Source: the human T2T-CHM13v2.0 reference genome, Homo sapiens
Assembly (NCBI RefSeq): GCF_009914755.1
Contig: NC_060928.1
Length of the DNA stretch: 64,000 nucleotides
Direction: 5' to 3' (one strand)
Both the position numbers and the translations under genes were made by a program. This document shows, piece after piece, positions 42,906 through 55,417 of the stretch. Below the pieces are notes generated by a model. It was not told the DNA's origin and did no database searches. It saw nothing but the letters and a program-made list of their open reading frames with translations. Each line of letters starts with the position of its first letter. Position 1 is the first letter of the stretch.

Positions 42906-43566
42906 CGTTTACTCACATCTTAAATCTCAACAAGAGACTAGAATTGATTAATCCTAATACAGGAATACATGACTTATAAGGCACAGGGAATATAAGAAGG
43001 ATGGTGCATTTCTGGGCCATGATATCATCAAAGAGGTTAATCAGGAAATAGAAAAGGAAAGAGCTGACTTCAGTTCTACTGAATGAACAGAATTTATATT
43101 CATTGGAAGACATAAAGCTCCCTGAATGAAAGAGAAACTAGATAAATTAGTTACTTGTTCATTATAGTTGCTGATATCTTTGGAGTTAGATTTATAATTT
43201 CAAGGGTATGCTATAGCGCAACATTATCTCAAGGCAGCCATATTAAGAAAATAGGTTGTTTAAAGAGGTCCAGTGGTATTCTAGTTAGATTCATAATCTA
43301 ATTTATTAGTTTTTTTTTTTTTATTTTTGGCTCCTCTAAAAAGGGTTCCTTATTGCAACCCTTTAGAGGGCAACAGAAGAGCAGTGGTTTCTTATTAATG
43401 AACTATTGCATCAGTGAAAACATTAGTAATAGTAAGGTAGATATAACTCATCAATGTGTACATGGGTTTTATTTAATGTAATCTGTAACATATTTTATGC
43501 TTAACATTATAATGCAAGCCTTTCTAAAGTTTAAATACTCAAGACCTTTTCATGGGATCAAATCCT

Positions 43567-43960
43567 TGTTATGAACAGAATTGTGTTCCTTTCCAAATTC
43601 AAATGTTGAAGACTTTAATACCAATATGACTATTTGGAGAGAGGGTTTTTAGAGAGGTGATTAAGGTTAAATGAGTTCTTTAAGGGTGTTCTCTAATCCA
43701 ATAGGACTGGTGTCTTATAAGTAGAGGGAAAGACTACATGAATCTCTCTATCCCCACAGAAGTACAAAGGAAAGGCCATGTGAGGACATAGCAAGAAGGT
43801 GGTCATCTGCAACCCAAGCAGAGAGGCCTCAAAATACAGCACCCCAGCTGGCACCTTGATCTTGAACTTTTAGCCTTCAGAATTGTGAAGAAATAAATTC
43901 CTATTGCATAAGCCACCCTCTCTGTTGTATTCTGTTATGGCAGCCCAAGCAAATAATATA
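43567..43960 (+). mobile_element. MLT1A/B-like MaLR solo LTR
   Basis: tgttatgaacagaattgtg start; gattaaggttaaatgag; ctggcaccttgatcttgaactt; gttatggcagcccaagcaaa end. Confidence 0.88.
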
Positions 43961-45016
43961 CTCCCTATTGGTTAAAATGAATCTTTATACTTTTCCCATC
44001 ATGGTTTCTTGCTTTTTGCCTATCTAGTGTTACTTTGTTGTCTTGAGAAACTGCATGATGCTTGTCATGGTGGAAACTAATTGAAGTTTGTAAATCACTT
44101 TTATTAGATCTTTCAATGAAATATTAAATAATGGATAATTCATTATCACCAACCCCTTTAAAAACACTAAGACTTAACTAATCCTTTAATTATATGTATG
44201 CTTTATATGCTTAAAATTAAATAAATAATTAATATTATTTATTAAATTCCATGTACATTCTCAATCTTTGTGTCTGGACAAAAATAGAGGGCAAATTGAA
44301 GTAAAGACACATTTCAATGTGTGGTACATTATAGCTGCATGATTTTGCTTCCAATATACTAGACAATTACTATCCCACAGGTGAAAAATAATGGTACTAC
44401 AATATTCTTGTACATATGAGTGAGCAAACTACCACTCCTACATTCACTTTGCCATTTTGTTCATTCAGAAACATATATGAAACCTTGATGAATTGATATC
44501 TTTAGGTCATAAACTCAAATTTCCGAGGTATCTGGCTAAGACCTTAGTGGGAAAGTGGATGAAATGGGTACAAATGATTTCCTGCTCAAAATGATTAAAA
44601 CTGTTTTGAATTCATGAGAAACATGCATTATTTGAATGAAGAAATATAGACATATTAGGAGACAAAGGAATTGTTTATTTGTGAAACTGAGTATAGCTAA
44701 GGTGCCTCCAAGAAGCAAAAGAATCTGTGAAGTGCTTTATGTGTTAAGACAACAAATGAGATATGGAAAACTTATATTTAAAGGGAATAATTTTTTTTAA
44801 ATGAGAGAAACCTGGAGTCAAGGAATTTATATATGCTATAAAATGAACAAGTAACTAGATTTTTTTTCTATATATAAAAAAAGTAGGACTCTGCATAAGT
44901 TTTTGGCTGAATAACAGGAATTGGGAAGAAATCTCATACTGTAAAACCACACCACTATTTTCAACCTCTCATGTCTTGTTAAAACCTTGACAAGAAAGGC
45001 TTATCCTAGTGGGACC

Positions 45017-45452
45017 TGTTGTAGTCCATTTGGTGCTGCTATAACAAAATACCACAGATTAGGTAATTTATAATTAACAAATACTTATTGGTTCATGCTT
45101 CTGGAGGCTGGGAAGTCCATGATGGAGGGGCTGGCATCTTGCAAGGAACTTTCTGCAGAGTCATTCCATGGCAGAAAGTCAAACAGAGGGTGTGTGTGTG
45201 TGAGAGAGAGAGAGACAAAAGTGGGCTGAACTCATTCTTATATAAGGAACCAACTCTTGTGATAAAGGCATTAATCAACTTCAATGACGTTCTTTTAGTT
45301 ATGTTTAAATGTACAATGAAGTTATTATTGACTGTAGTCCCCATGTCGTGCTATCAAACACTAGGTCTTATTCATACTTTCTTTCTAAATATTTTTTTGG
45401 TAATTAAACTTTAACATGAGTTTGGAATAGGATAAACATTCACACCATAGCA
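45017..45452 (-). mobile_element. MST-family solo LTR with an internal replacement
   Basis: tgttgtagtccatttggtgctgctataacaaaatacc ... aaacattcacaccatagca; TSD ggacc/gtacc. Confidence 0.85.
45289..45398 (-). mobile_element. Internal fragment of an L1MA 3' UTR
   Basis: ttttagttatgtttaaatgtacaat...ttattattgactgtagtc...gtgctatcaaacactaggtcttattcat resembles antisense L1MA1-3 3' UTR. Confidence 0.7.
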
Positions 45453-47271
45453 GTACCTTATGTTTCTCGTCTGGAGTAAATTTTTCTGCTCTACACTCAT
45501 AAGGTATCCTGCTTATAAAGTCTTATATCTTCTACCACATTATATTGAAATAACCTTTTAAAGTATCTATCATTTTTATAACATTAAATATCTACAAACA
45601 CTAATGATGAAGATTGATCTCATTGTCTCTTCCAGGTACATGTCTGATATCTAATAGGTGCTCCTTCAGTGTCTATAGAAGTGAACTATAAATCCATCCT
45701 GTGAGCAATTAAAATACTATTTTCCCTGTGGACATTGTATAGAGAATGATATTTTAACAGGATTTCAAAGACTTAGATTTACATAAAGTGAACAACTAAA
45801 ATCCAAAATGGCACTGGGAGACATGGACAACCTACTTTCACTTTTAAAAAATATATTTTTAGTCATTTCATCTTATACATTTTTGCTTTTTACTCAGTTA
45901 AGCCGATTTGTTTGATTTCTGAATTCTGAATGAATTTCTATACTGAAAATTGATTTGACTATTGGTCCTTTTAATATATGCTTGTCTGTAAAGAAATATA
46001 GATCTTTATTTGTATTCTGAGCTCCTAGCCCTTACGATGCTGTTGTTAATATGTTGAGTGAATTATTAACCAGCTGAAGCACTTAAATGTCAGTATCAAG
46101 TACTTCGATGGCATTAATTAATTTTTTTAAAAGCGCTGATCATATAATTTGTTTTGACTCTAATTTGCTCTGAGATGCAAACAAACCCACTTATTTTTCA
46201 CAATCTAAATGATAAGTGAAGAGAAAAATAGATAATATGACTGACTACATTCAAAAATTAAGAAAAAATGTATTGATGTCTAAAATATACTATAAATGGA
46301 GAAAATAGTTTCAATATGAAATTTTCTAAATATTTGTCTACTTAGATAATTATATTTATGAGTAATTATTTTTAATATATATTTCAAAAATTCCCAAGTA
46401 TTTGAAATATCAAAATATTTCACACTAAGTAGCAAGTCTTCAATATTGTATTAATGTTTCAGAGAATATTGAATGTTTGTGTTTCTGAGTGTTTGCCTGT
46501 ATGAACAAAACTTACTAATTAAGAGGAAAGATTCACTGAACACCCTTTTATCATATTGTTACTCCATTTCTTTCCAGAATTAGCCATATCTTACATATCT
46601 TACAGTGGTTATTGATTATTCAATGTCATCACTTCTTTATTCAAGCAAACATTATTTGAGTGCCCCCCATAAGCCTTGGGCACTGCATAGAGAGCAGAGT
46701 AAAACTTTCACAATATTTACAAAAATGACACAAATTTATGTAATTATCAATATGCATAGTATTGTTTTTATATTTTGAAATATTTTTAAATGATAATAGA
46801 GTCATATGTACTTCTAATTTCAGCAGCTTTAGAAATTTTTATGAAATATATTTTTGAGATAATCCACATTAAAACAAATAACTACAGGTAATACATATAA
46901 CAGGATATATAGAATTCTCATGTAAGAATGGATCACATGTATATCACATGTATTCTACTGAGAGAATACACTGTATGTATTTATTTATTGTATATCCCTA
47001 TTATTCTTTCTTTTGTTATGAAAATCATGCTGCCACAAAAACTTTAGACAAAAATGTTACACTTTATTTTTATGTCTGGGAGAGGAATTGCTGGCTCTAA
47101 GGATATAAAAATTATCTACATTAGTGAATATTGATAAATTGCTTATCAAAGTGTTTGTACTAATTTACTTTGCAGATAACAGCATATGAGGGTTCTTGTC
47201 CACCACATATTTGCTATCAGTTATTATTCTCAAAATTTCTCCATTTATTAACTTTAATATTATACAATAAC

Positions 47272-47927
47272 GTCTTTACACTGTTGGTGGGAGTGTAAAT
47301 TAGTTCAACCATTGTGGAAGACAGTGTGGAGATTCCTCAAGGATCTAAAACCAGAAATACCATTTGACCCAGCAATCCCATTACTGAGTATATACCCAAA
47401 GAATTATAAATCATTTTACTGTAAAGACGCATGCACATGTATGTTTACTGCAGCACTATTTACAATAGCAAAGACTTGGAACCAACCCAAATTCCCTTAA
47501 TGTTAGACTGGATAAAAAAAAAATGTGGCACATATACACCATGGGATACGATGCAGCCATAAAAAAGTATGATTTCATGTCCTTTGCAGGGCAATTGATG
47601 AAACTGGAAACCATCATTCTCAGCAAACTAACACAGGAACAGAAAACCAAATACCACATGTTCTCACTCATAAGTGAGTGTAGAACAACAAGAACACATG
47701 GACAGAGGGAGGGGGACATCACACTCTGGGGCCTGTCGAGGGGTAGAGGGCAAGGTGAGGGAGAGCTTTAGGACAAATACCTAATGCATGTGGGGCTTAA
47801 AACCTAGATGACGGGTTGATGGGTGCAGCAAACCACCACGGCACACATATACCTATGTAACAAACTTGCATGTTCTGCACATGTATCCCAGAACTTAAAG
47901 TAAAATAAAAATAAATAAATAAATAAT
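47272..47927 (+). mobile_element. 5'-truncated L1PA (about L1PA5-8) 3' end
   Basis: ORF2 C-terminus (WRFLKDL..EIPFDPAIPLL), 3' UTR ending cccagaacttaaagt plus A-rich tail; TSD atattatacaataac / atattataccataac. Confidence 0.95.
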
Positions 47928-47947
47928 ATATTATACCATAACATGCT

Positions 47948-48040
47948 GTTTTTTAAATTGATACATAATATTTTACCTATTTACAAGACACATGCGAAAT
48001 TTTTTTACTTGCATAGAATGTTTAATGTTCAGGTCAAGAT
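47948..48040 (-). mobile_element. Short L1MA extreme 3' end
   Basis: ttttttaaattgatacataatatttt...gcatagaatg. Confidence 0.6.
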
Positions 48041-48863
48041 AATATAAAATGTCCTAATGTGATTTGGAACTACGATTTCTTGATTAAAAGTGAAAATGAG
48101 CATTTTCATATATTAGAAATTATTTGTAAATTGAATATTTCCTTGCCTATTTTGGTAGTTTCTCTTTTATTATTAGTATTCAGAAATTATAGGCATTGTA
48201 GTTAAATCTTTACTTTGCTTTCTATACCTTTTGTGTTATAGAAAACAAAGCAATCACAACTTTTAATATCAATGAGGTCAAATTAATTTCTTTTTTATGT
48301 GTTGTGTTCTTAGTGTCCTGCTAAACCATAAATATATTATCTAATATTTTATTCTTGATATTTTACATTTTGCTTTTCTTGATTAAATAATTTATTGGCC
48401 AGCATGATAATTTAATTTTTATGTGTACTAAAAGATAAGAAATTAGTTTCTTCTTTGTTTTGTACATAAATAGGTATTTGGCTTAGTGTTATTTATTAAG
48501 CAAATAGTGATCATGTCTCAGATCTCATTCTGTACCAATAATACATCAAATTTCACTGAAAGCATAGATTGTTTACAATCACTCTATATCATTTCTTCCA
48601 TTTATCTATTTGTCCCACAGCATCTTGTGGAATGCTCTTATCAATCAAAATAAATGACTCAAATATTTTCTCGTTTATTCTGCATGGAAAATTGTATATT
48701 TCAGATGTTCTTGCCTTATTTACTTGACTATTCAGAGTAATTTTAAACATATGCACAAACATAGGGCAGGCATATAGCCCTTGTTAACATATTTTGAATA
48801 CTGAACTATATTAGAATCCTGGGATAAAGCCCAGGTGGACATAATGTAGTTTTTAACGTTAAT

Positions 48864-50795
48864 TGTTAGGATTGTCTTCGCTATACGGGGTCTTCTTTGA
48901 TTCCCTGTGAAATTTAAAATAGTTTTTTCTAATTCTGGGAAGAATGTCAATGGTAGTTTGATGGGAATAGCATTGAACCTATACATTACTTTGGGCAGTT
49001 TGGCCATTTTCATGATACTGATTCTTCCTATCCATGAGCATGGAATGTTTTTCCATTTGTGTCCTCTCTGATTTTCTTGAGCAGTGGTTTGTAGTTCCCA
49101 TTGAAGAGTTCCTTCACCTCTCTTGTTAGCTGTATTCCTAGGTATTTTATTCTCTTTGTAACAATTGTGAATGGGAGTTCATTCATGATTTGGCTCTCTA
49201 TTGTTGGTGTGAAGGAATGCTTTCGATTTTTGCACATTGATTTTTGTATCCTGAGACTTTGCTGAAGTTGCTTATCAGTTTAAGGATTTTGGGGGCTGAG
49301 GTTATGGTGTTTTCTAAATATAAACTCATGCCATCTGCAAACAGAGAGAATTTGACTTCCTCTCTTCCTATTTGAATACACTATTTCTTTCTTTCCTGAT
49401 TGCCCAGGCCAGAACTTCTAGGACTATGTAGAATAGGAGTGGTGAGAGAGGGCATTCTTGTCTTGTACCGGTTTTCAAAGGGAATGCTTCCAGCTTTTGC
49501 CCATTCAATGTGATATTGGCTGTGGGTTTGTCATACATAGCTCTTATTATTTTGAGATATGTTCTATCAATACGTAGTTTATTGAGAGTTTTTAACATGA
49601 AGAGGTGTTGAATTTTATCAAAGGCCTTTTTTGCATCTATTGAGATAATCATGTGTCTTTTGTCTTTGGCTCTGCTTATGTGATGAATTATGTTGATTGA
49701 TTTGCATATATTTAACCAGCCTTGCATCCCAGGGATGAAGCCAACTTGATCATGGTGGATAAGTTTTTGATGTGCTGCTGGATTTGGTTTGCCAGTATTT
49801 CATTGAGGGTTTTCACAACGATGTTCATCAGGGATATTGGCCTGAAGTTTTCTTTTTTTGTTCTGTCTCTTCTTGCTTTTGGTATGAGGATGATACTGCC
49901 TTCATAAAATGAGTTAGGGAGGAGTCCCTCCTTTTCAATTGTTTGGAATAGTTTCAGAAGGAATAGTACCGGCCCCTTTTTGTATTTTTGGTAGAATTCA
50001 GCTGTGAATCTATCTAGTCTTGGGCTTTATTTAGTTGGTAAGCTATTGATTACTGCCTCAATTTCAGAACTTGTTATTGCTCTATTCAGGGATTTGACTT
50101 CTTCCTGGTTTAACCTTGGGAGAGTGTATGTGTCCAGGAATTTAACCATTTCTTCTAGATTTTCTAGGTTTTTTGCATAGAGGTGTTTATAATATTCTCT
50201 GATTGTAGTTTGTATTTCTGTGGGATCAGTGGTGATATTCCCTTTATCATTTTTTATTGTGTCTATTTGATTCTTCTCTCTTTTCTTCTTTATTAATCTA
50301 ACTAGCAGTCTATATATTTTGTTAATTTTTTTCAGAAAACCAGCTCCTGGATTCATTGATTTTTTTGAGGGGTTTCATGTCTCTATCTCCTTCAGTTCTT
50401 CTCTGATCTTAGTTATTTCTTCTGCTAGCTTTTGGATTAGTTTGCTCTTGCCTCTCTAGCTCTTTTAATTGTGATGTTAGGGTGTCGACTTGAGATCTTT
50501 CTAGCTTTCTGATGTTGGCATTTAATGCTATACATTTCCCTCTTAACACTGCTTTAGCTGTGTCCCAGAGATTCTGGTATATTGTCTCTTTGTTCTCATT
50601 AGTTTCAAAGAATTTCTTGATTTCTACCTTAATTTGATTATTTACCCAGGAGAGTCATTCAGGAGCAGGTTGTTCAATTTCCATTTAATTGTCTGGTTTT
50701 GAGTGAGTTTCTTAATCCTGAGTTCTAATTTGATTGCACTGTGGTCTGAGAGGCTGTTTGTTATTATTTCAGTTCTTTCACATTTGCTCAGGAAT
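48864..50795 (-). mobile_element. L1PA-type ORF2 central fragment (RT region), decayed
   Basis: Track ORFs 49368-49727 ([30 protein letters not shown]), 50027-50356, 49028-49237 and 48732-49013 are frameshifted ORF2 pieces. Confidence 0.95.
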
Positions 50796-51285
50796 GCCAA
50801 CCCAAATGCCCATCAATCAAAGAGTGGATAAAGAAACTGGGATATATATATATATATATATGTAATATACATAAATATATATGATATACATATTTATATA
50901 TATGATATATACATAATGGGATACTACTCAGCCATAGAAAGGAATGAATTAATGGCATTCATAGAGACCTGGATGAGATTGAAGACTATTATTCTAATGA
51001 AGTAACTCAACTCAGGGATGGAAAACCAAATATCATATGTTCTCACTCATAAGTAGGAGCTAAGCTATGAGGATGCAAAGGCATAAGAGTAACACAATAG
51101 ACTTTCAGGTCCCACAGGGAAAGGTTGGGAAGGTGGTGAGGGATAAAAGACTACAAGTAGGGTGCAGTGTACACTGCTTAGGTGATGAGTGCACCAACGT
51201 CTCACAAATCATGACTAAAGAACTTACTCATGTAACTGAACACCACCTGTTCCCCAATAATCTATGGAAATTAAAAAAAAATTAA
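50796..51285 (+). mobile_element. L1PB1-like 3' end
   Basis: aacccaaatgcccatcaatca, gggataaaagactaca, caccacctgttccccaataatctatggaaat plus A tail; internal TA-rich repeat 50842-50915. Confidence 0.9.
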
Positions 51286-51884
51286 ACCAAATGGCTAGAG
51301 ATGTCATGGCCAGATTTTTATTTTATGTGTAATAGTCTGATAGTTTTTATGGTAGATGAATTTGAAGGGTAAACAATTAAGATGCTGTCATGATCATCTT
51401 AGTTAAACTTTGATCACTGAAAGTAAGTCTAGGTAGTTTGAACAGGGAGTAGTGTGTGCACTCTATGTATACTCACACATGTACAGATAACATGCATAAA
51501 TAGGAATTAAAATGACTGAATTTGTTACTTAATTGAATTTAGCAAATGGGAGGAAAAAAAAGAATGAAAACTCTGTGCCAGTATTTTAGTTAGAATAACC
51601 AATGACAGATAGTAATATTACCAAATAGAAATATATGGCAGTAAAATCTGAATGAGGGCATTACAAGTTCCAGTTGGGACGTAGTGATTTTGATATAAAC
51701 TACTCTAACTAACCATATCCTACATGTTATAAGACTCAAAAAAGATTAGGAATATGGAATCCTTTTAAGAAATTTAAGACATTAAACTAATTTAGGGACA
51801 TAAAATATATCATTACTATTTGCATCAGAAAAGGGAACTATGTAAATCAGAAGAAATGAAAGTTACTTTTTTTTAGCTGGACAG

Positions 51885-51944
51885 AATGTACTACAAAGGT
51901 GAGATGTATTGTTTAATGTACTACAAAGGGGAGATGTAATGTTT
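51885..51944. repeat. 30-bp tandem duplication
   Basis: aatgtactacaaagg(t/g)gagatgta(t/a)tgttt x2, 2 mismatches. Confidence 0.95.
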
Positions 51945-52459
51945 AAAATACATTAAGATGAAGTTTATACATAGATAATTAATTTTATATAATTAATATA
52001 TACACACACACACACACAAACACATATTTTAGGCCTTGAGACTCTTTAAATCTGTGTTTTAGGCCAATATGTTTTAATATAAGCCACTTTTCAAAGTCTA
52101 GATTATTTTCTTATAAATCTAGTTTAAAAAATCACAGTAACGTTTTCTATGGGAATTACTGACTATGCCAAAAGTACTACACTTTGAAGCGATGCCATCA
52201 GACTACACCTATGGTAAAAATCATAAAATATTATTATGAAAACTCCTCATCATATCTATTGTAAACACTTGACAGCAGGCATATAAGATTGGCAGCTCAC
52301 TCTGACAATACAAGGAATTGCTGTTTATGGTATAAAGCCAGGGAAGTTTCAACTACAATGAATGTAGAATTTTATGTGATAAAATGTCAGCAGTTTTGAA
52401 AGTTTGTTATTAAAATAAATAGCAATTCAAGGTTTACGGTTAGAAAGCATTTCTATGAG

Positions 52460-52499
52460 GAGCTAACAGGTAAAGAAAAGAGCTAACAGGTAAAGAAAA
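52460..52499. repeat. Perfect 20-bp tandem duplication
   Basis: gagctaacaggtaaagaaaa x2. Confidence 0.97.
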
Positions 52500-52744
52500 T
52501 GAGTGACTTTGGCCATATAGATGTTCCTGTATCCATATTTTGTCAGTTGTGTGGAATAGACTCACATGCTGAGGGGAAAGTTTATGGTAATTGATTTTAA
52601 AACATTTCTAAACCTCGTATCTGGCACAGTCTTTGATTATTTTTCATGTCTAATTGTAACTTTTGTTATTTTATTATATTTTACATTTTTTACAAGCAAA
52701 CAGGTATTTTCTAAAACTATATTGGAGAGAAAATAGTATTACAA

Positions 52745-53010
52745 ATATGTATGTGTCAATATGCATATATGTGCATATATGTACACACATGTATATATGC
52801 ATATATATTTATGTGTATATATGGGTGGGTATACATACATGTGTATTTGTGTGTTTATACATATATAAAATATATATATGTGTGTGTATATATAAATATA
52901 TGGTATATGGCAGTTCATCTCTATATAGGGTAGTTTGTCTCAAAATTACTACATAAAGTATATATGTGTGTGTGTATATATATTTATGTGTATATATATC
53001 TATATATATA
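52745..53010. repeat. Degenerate (TA)/(TG) low-complexity tract
   Basis: Read directly; explains the ORFs at 52663-52956. Confidence 0.9.
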
Positions 53011-54842
53011 GAAAGTTCCCTTTCTTCACTTTAAAGGGATCATTTCTGCCTTGGAGAGCAACACTACTAAGGAATATATAAAAAATAGATAAAATCATAA
53101 TGCTTCCATTTTTATTATTTTATTAATCAACTACTGGACTGAGATGGGTGTCATAATAATGCCCAGAAACTTTTGGCTGCTAGTAAACAGGAGATAGATT
53201 AAATATTATCTAAGTTCCTTAAAACACACAAGGTGAGTTTTGGCTCTGCTCTATTGGGAACAATGACATTCTAAGATTCTTAATGTTTTTAAGTTTCATA
53301 AACCATTTCCTATAATGTGTAAAAACATTTTCATGGTTTTGGAATTAAATTACTTACAAATGTGATTATATTTAAAATTGTTTTTGAGCTTTAAAGTCTA
53401 ATTTTTAAACAACACAAATTCATACTCAGGTTCAATAAGCAAGTAAAAAAAGTGTAAGAAGAAAGTTGTTAATTGCATGTGTTATGTTGGTGATTTCCAA
53501 TTATACAAATGTGAAACCAAAGAATTGTTTGATTGTGTTTTCCTTTATAGGGAAATTTTGAAAATCAAAACCAGTGATTGTCTTTGTGAAACAAAGAACC
53601 TATTACATGTTTAGTCAATAAGAAAAGAATGTCTGGTTACATGTTTTGTTTTGTACATTTATTTCCCCAGCTGCATTTACAAGGTTTTCTTTGAAATTGC
53701 AATAAAATGAGATGGTCTCTTGGTAGAGAATAAAGAAAACAGTGTTTTCTCTTTTTCATAATGGTCCAGCAGTGCCATGTAGTATGTATAAGCAGGCTCT
53801 GAATTGCAAAAAGATGAGGTCACAAAGGAAAGCTTTCCTATGGTGGAGATTATAATCTAGTTCAGCAGGTTCCAATATGATAGGAACTGGCCTGTATGTG
53901 TGCACAAGGAGGTGGGGATTTGGGGAGGTGCTAAGGGAAGAGTTGCTAGAAATTGTGCACACTGGAAAAAAAAAAAGGAAGAAAGAAGATGAACTTTGAA
54001 TATTTTCCCTTTTCAAAGATTATTCCATTGTACTCTTACATACACTTCTGCTGCATTTTCCAGGCCATGTGTACAAGAAAATTGGGCATGCCAACTTATG
54101 AACCTAATCAGAAAAAGTGCCTAGCCCAAAACAGGACCTCACGCTAGTTCCCACAGTCATTCCTCATCACAAGAGAGTTCCAAGCTTCTTCTTCACTTCT
54201 TTTCGCTTGGATATCCCAATATTTGTGTTTGGTAAGAAAGGATCCTGGCTGGCTCTTTTGCAGCAAAGTATACTATGCTTAAATACTGTGTTAGAAAATC
54301 CACTGATTTTTAGCTACTGGATGAGTTTAAAGTTGTCATTCTCAGCTCTCAATAACTCTTGTCATCTGAAGTTGGATTAAGGGGAGAAAGGGTTACTTTA
54401 CCAAACTGACAGCAGTTCTATCACATATCTGTAGTTTCTGCAGCAAATATTGAGGCTCAACAGTGAAAGTACAGTCTGTCCTGGAGGAAGGACTGGGGAA
54501 ATGACCTCATTAAAACTGCCAGGGAGACAGTAATAAACACACCTTATTTCTTTCTGGTTTGGGGAAGGTGTCAACAACAAAAAAGGTCTTGGAGTGGTTG
54601 TGAGGGATGCGGGGTGGAGGTTAGCAGCTTGCTTGACAAAAGAACACACAAAGAAACAAACAAACAAAAAACCCAGGAATTAAGCAGACTGTAAGCATAC
54701 ACCCACACCCAAACATGCATACATTTTCCCAGTTTAGAGATTGCTGTAGTGGTTTAATACATATTTATGAACATGTTTCCTTGTTTGGGGTAAGTGAAAA
54801 CTGAGAAAAGGAAAACACACACAAATAGCAAGATAACATAAT

Positions 54843-55417
54843 TGTAAACCAAAAATAAAATTATAAGGCCTCCCAGCCACCTGAGTGGACTTCCTCCTCA
54901 GCCGGGGCTCTTTTAAAATGTAACCTAAGAGACTGTTAGGCCATGATGAGAAGTGGGGTTGGACATGCCTCATTATACCTCTCTAGTGTTAGCATCAACA
55001 CAGACTTTAAGTCTGATAAGAAACATTTTACAACCTATTCTGTCTGCAGCCTACTACCTGAAGGCCTCCGCTGCAAATAAGAACTTGTATGTCCACAGTT
55101 CTTTACCTTAACCCAGACATTCCTTTCTGTTGACAACAGGGCTTTAGACAAACTCAACCAATTGTCAACCAGAAAATATTTAAATTTACCTATAGCTTAG
55201 AAGCCCCTGCCTTTCTGGCTCAAACCAATGTCTTTCTTAAATGTATTTGATTGAAGTCTCATGTCTCCCTAAAATGTATAAAACCAAGCTCCACCCCAAT
55301 CACCTTGGATACCTGCTCTCAAGACCTCCTGAGGGCTATGTCACAGGCCATGGTCACTTATATTTGGCTCAGAGTAAACTTCAAATATTTCACAGAATTT
55401 GACTCTTTTCATCAACA
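54843..55417 (+). mobile_element. MER4A-family ERV1 solo LTR
   Basis: Starts tgtaaaccaaaaataaaatt; ends gactcttttcatcaaca; TSD taat/taac. Confidence 0.9.

Larger units (their letters stand above)
46750..48730 (-). mobile_element. Ancient L1ME-like remnant (interrupted)
   Basis: Antisense motifs ttttgagataatccacat, ggaattgctgg, gtttgtactaatttac, gagcattttcatat. Confidence 0.6.

Noticed and set aside
44220-44243. AT-only 10-bp inverted repeat
   Set aside because: Expected by chance in very AT-rich low-complexity DNA.
53525-53720. Splice-acceptor-like ttttcctttatag (similar sites near 1880, 11921 and 21531)
   Set aside because: Such motifs are frequent by chance, and I found no convincing paired donor or reading frame.
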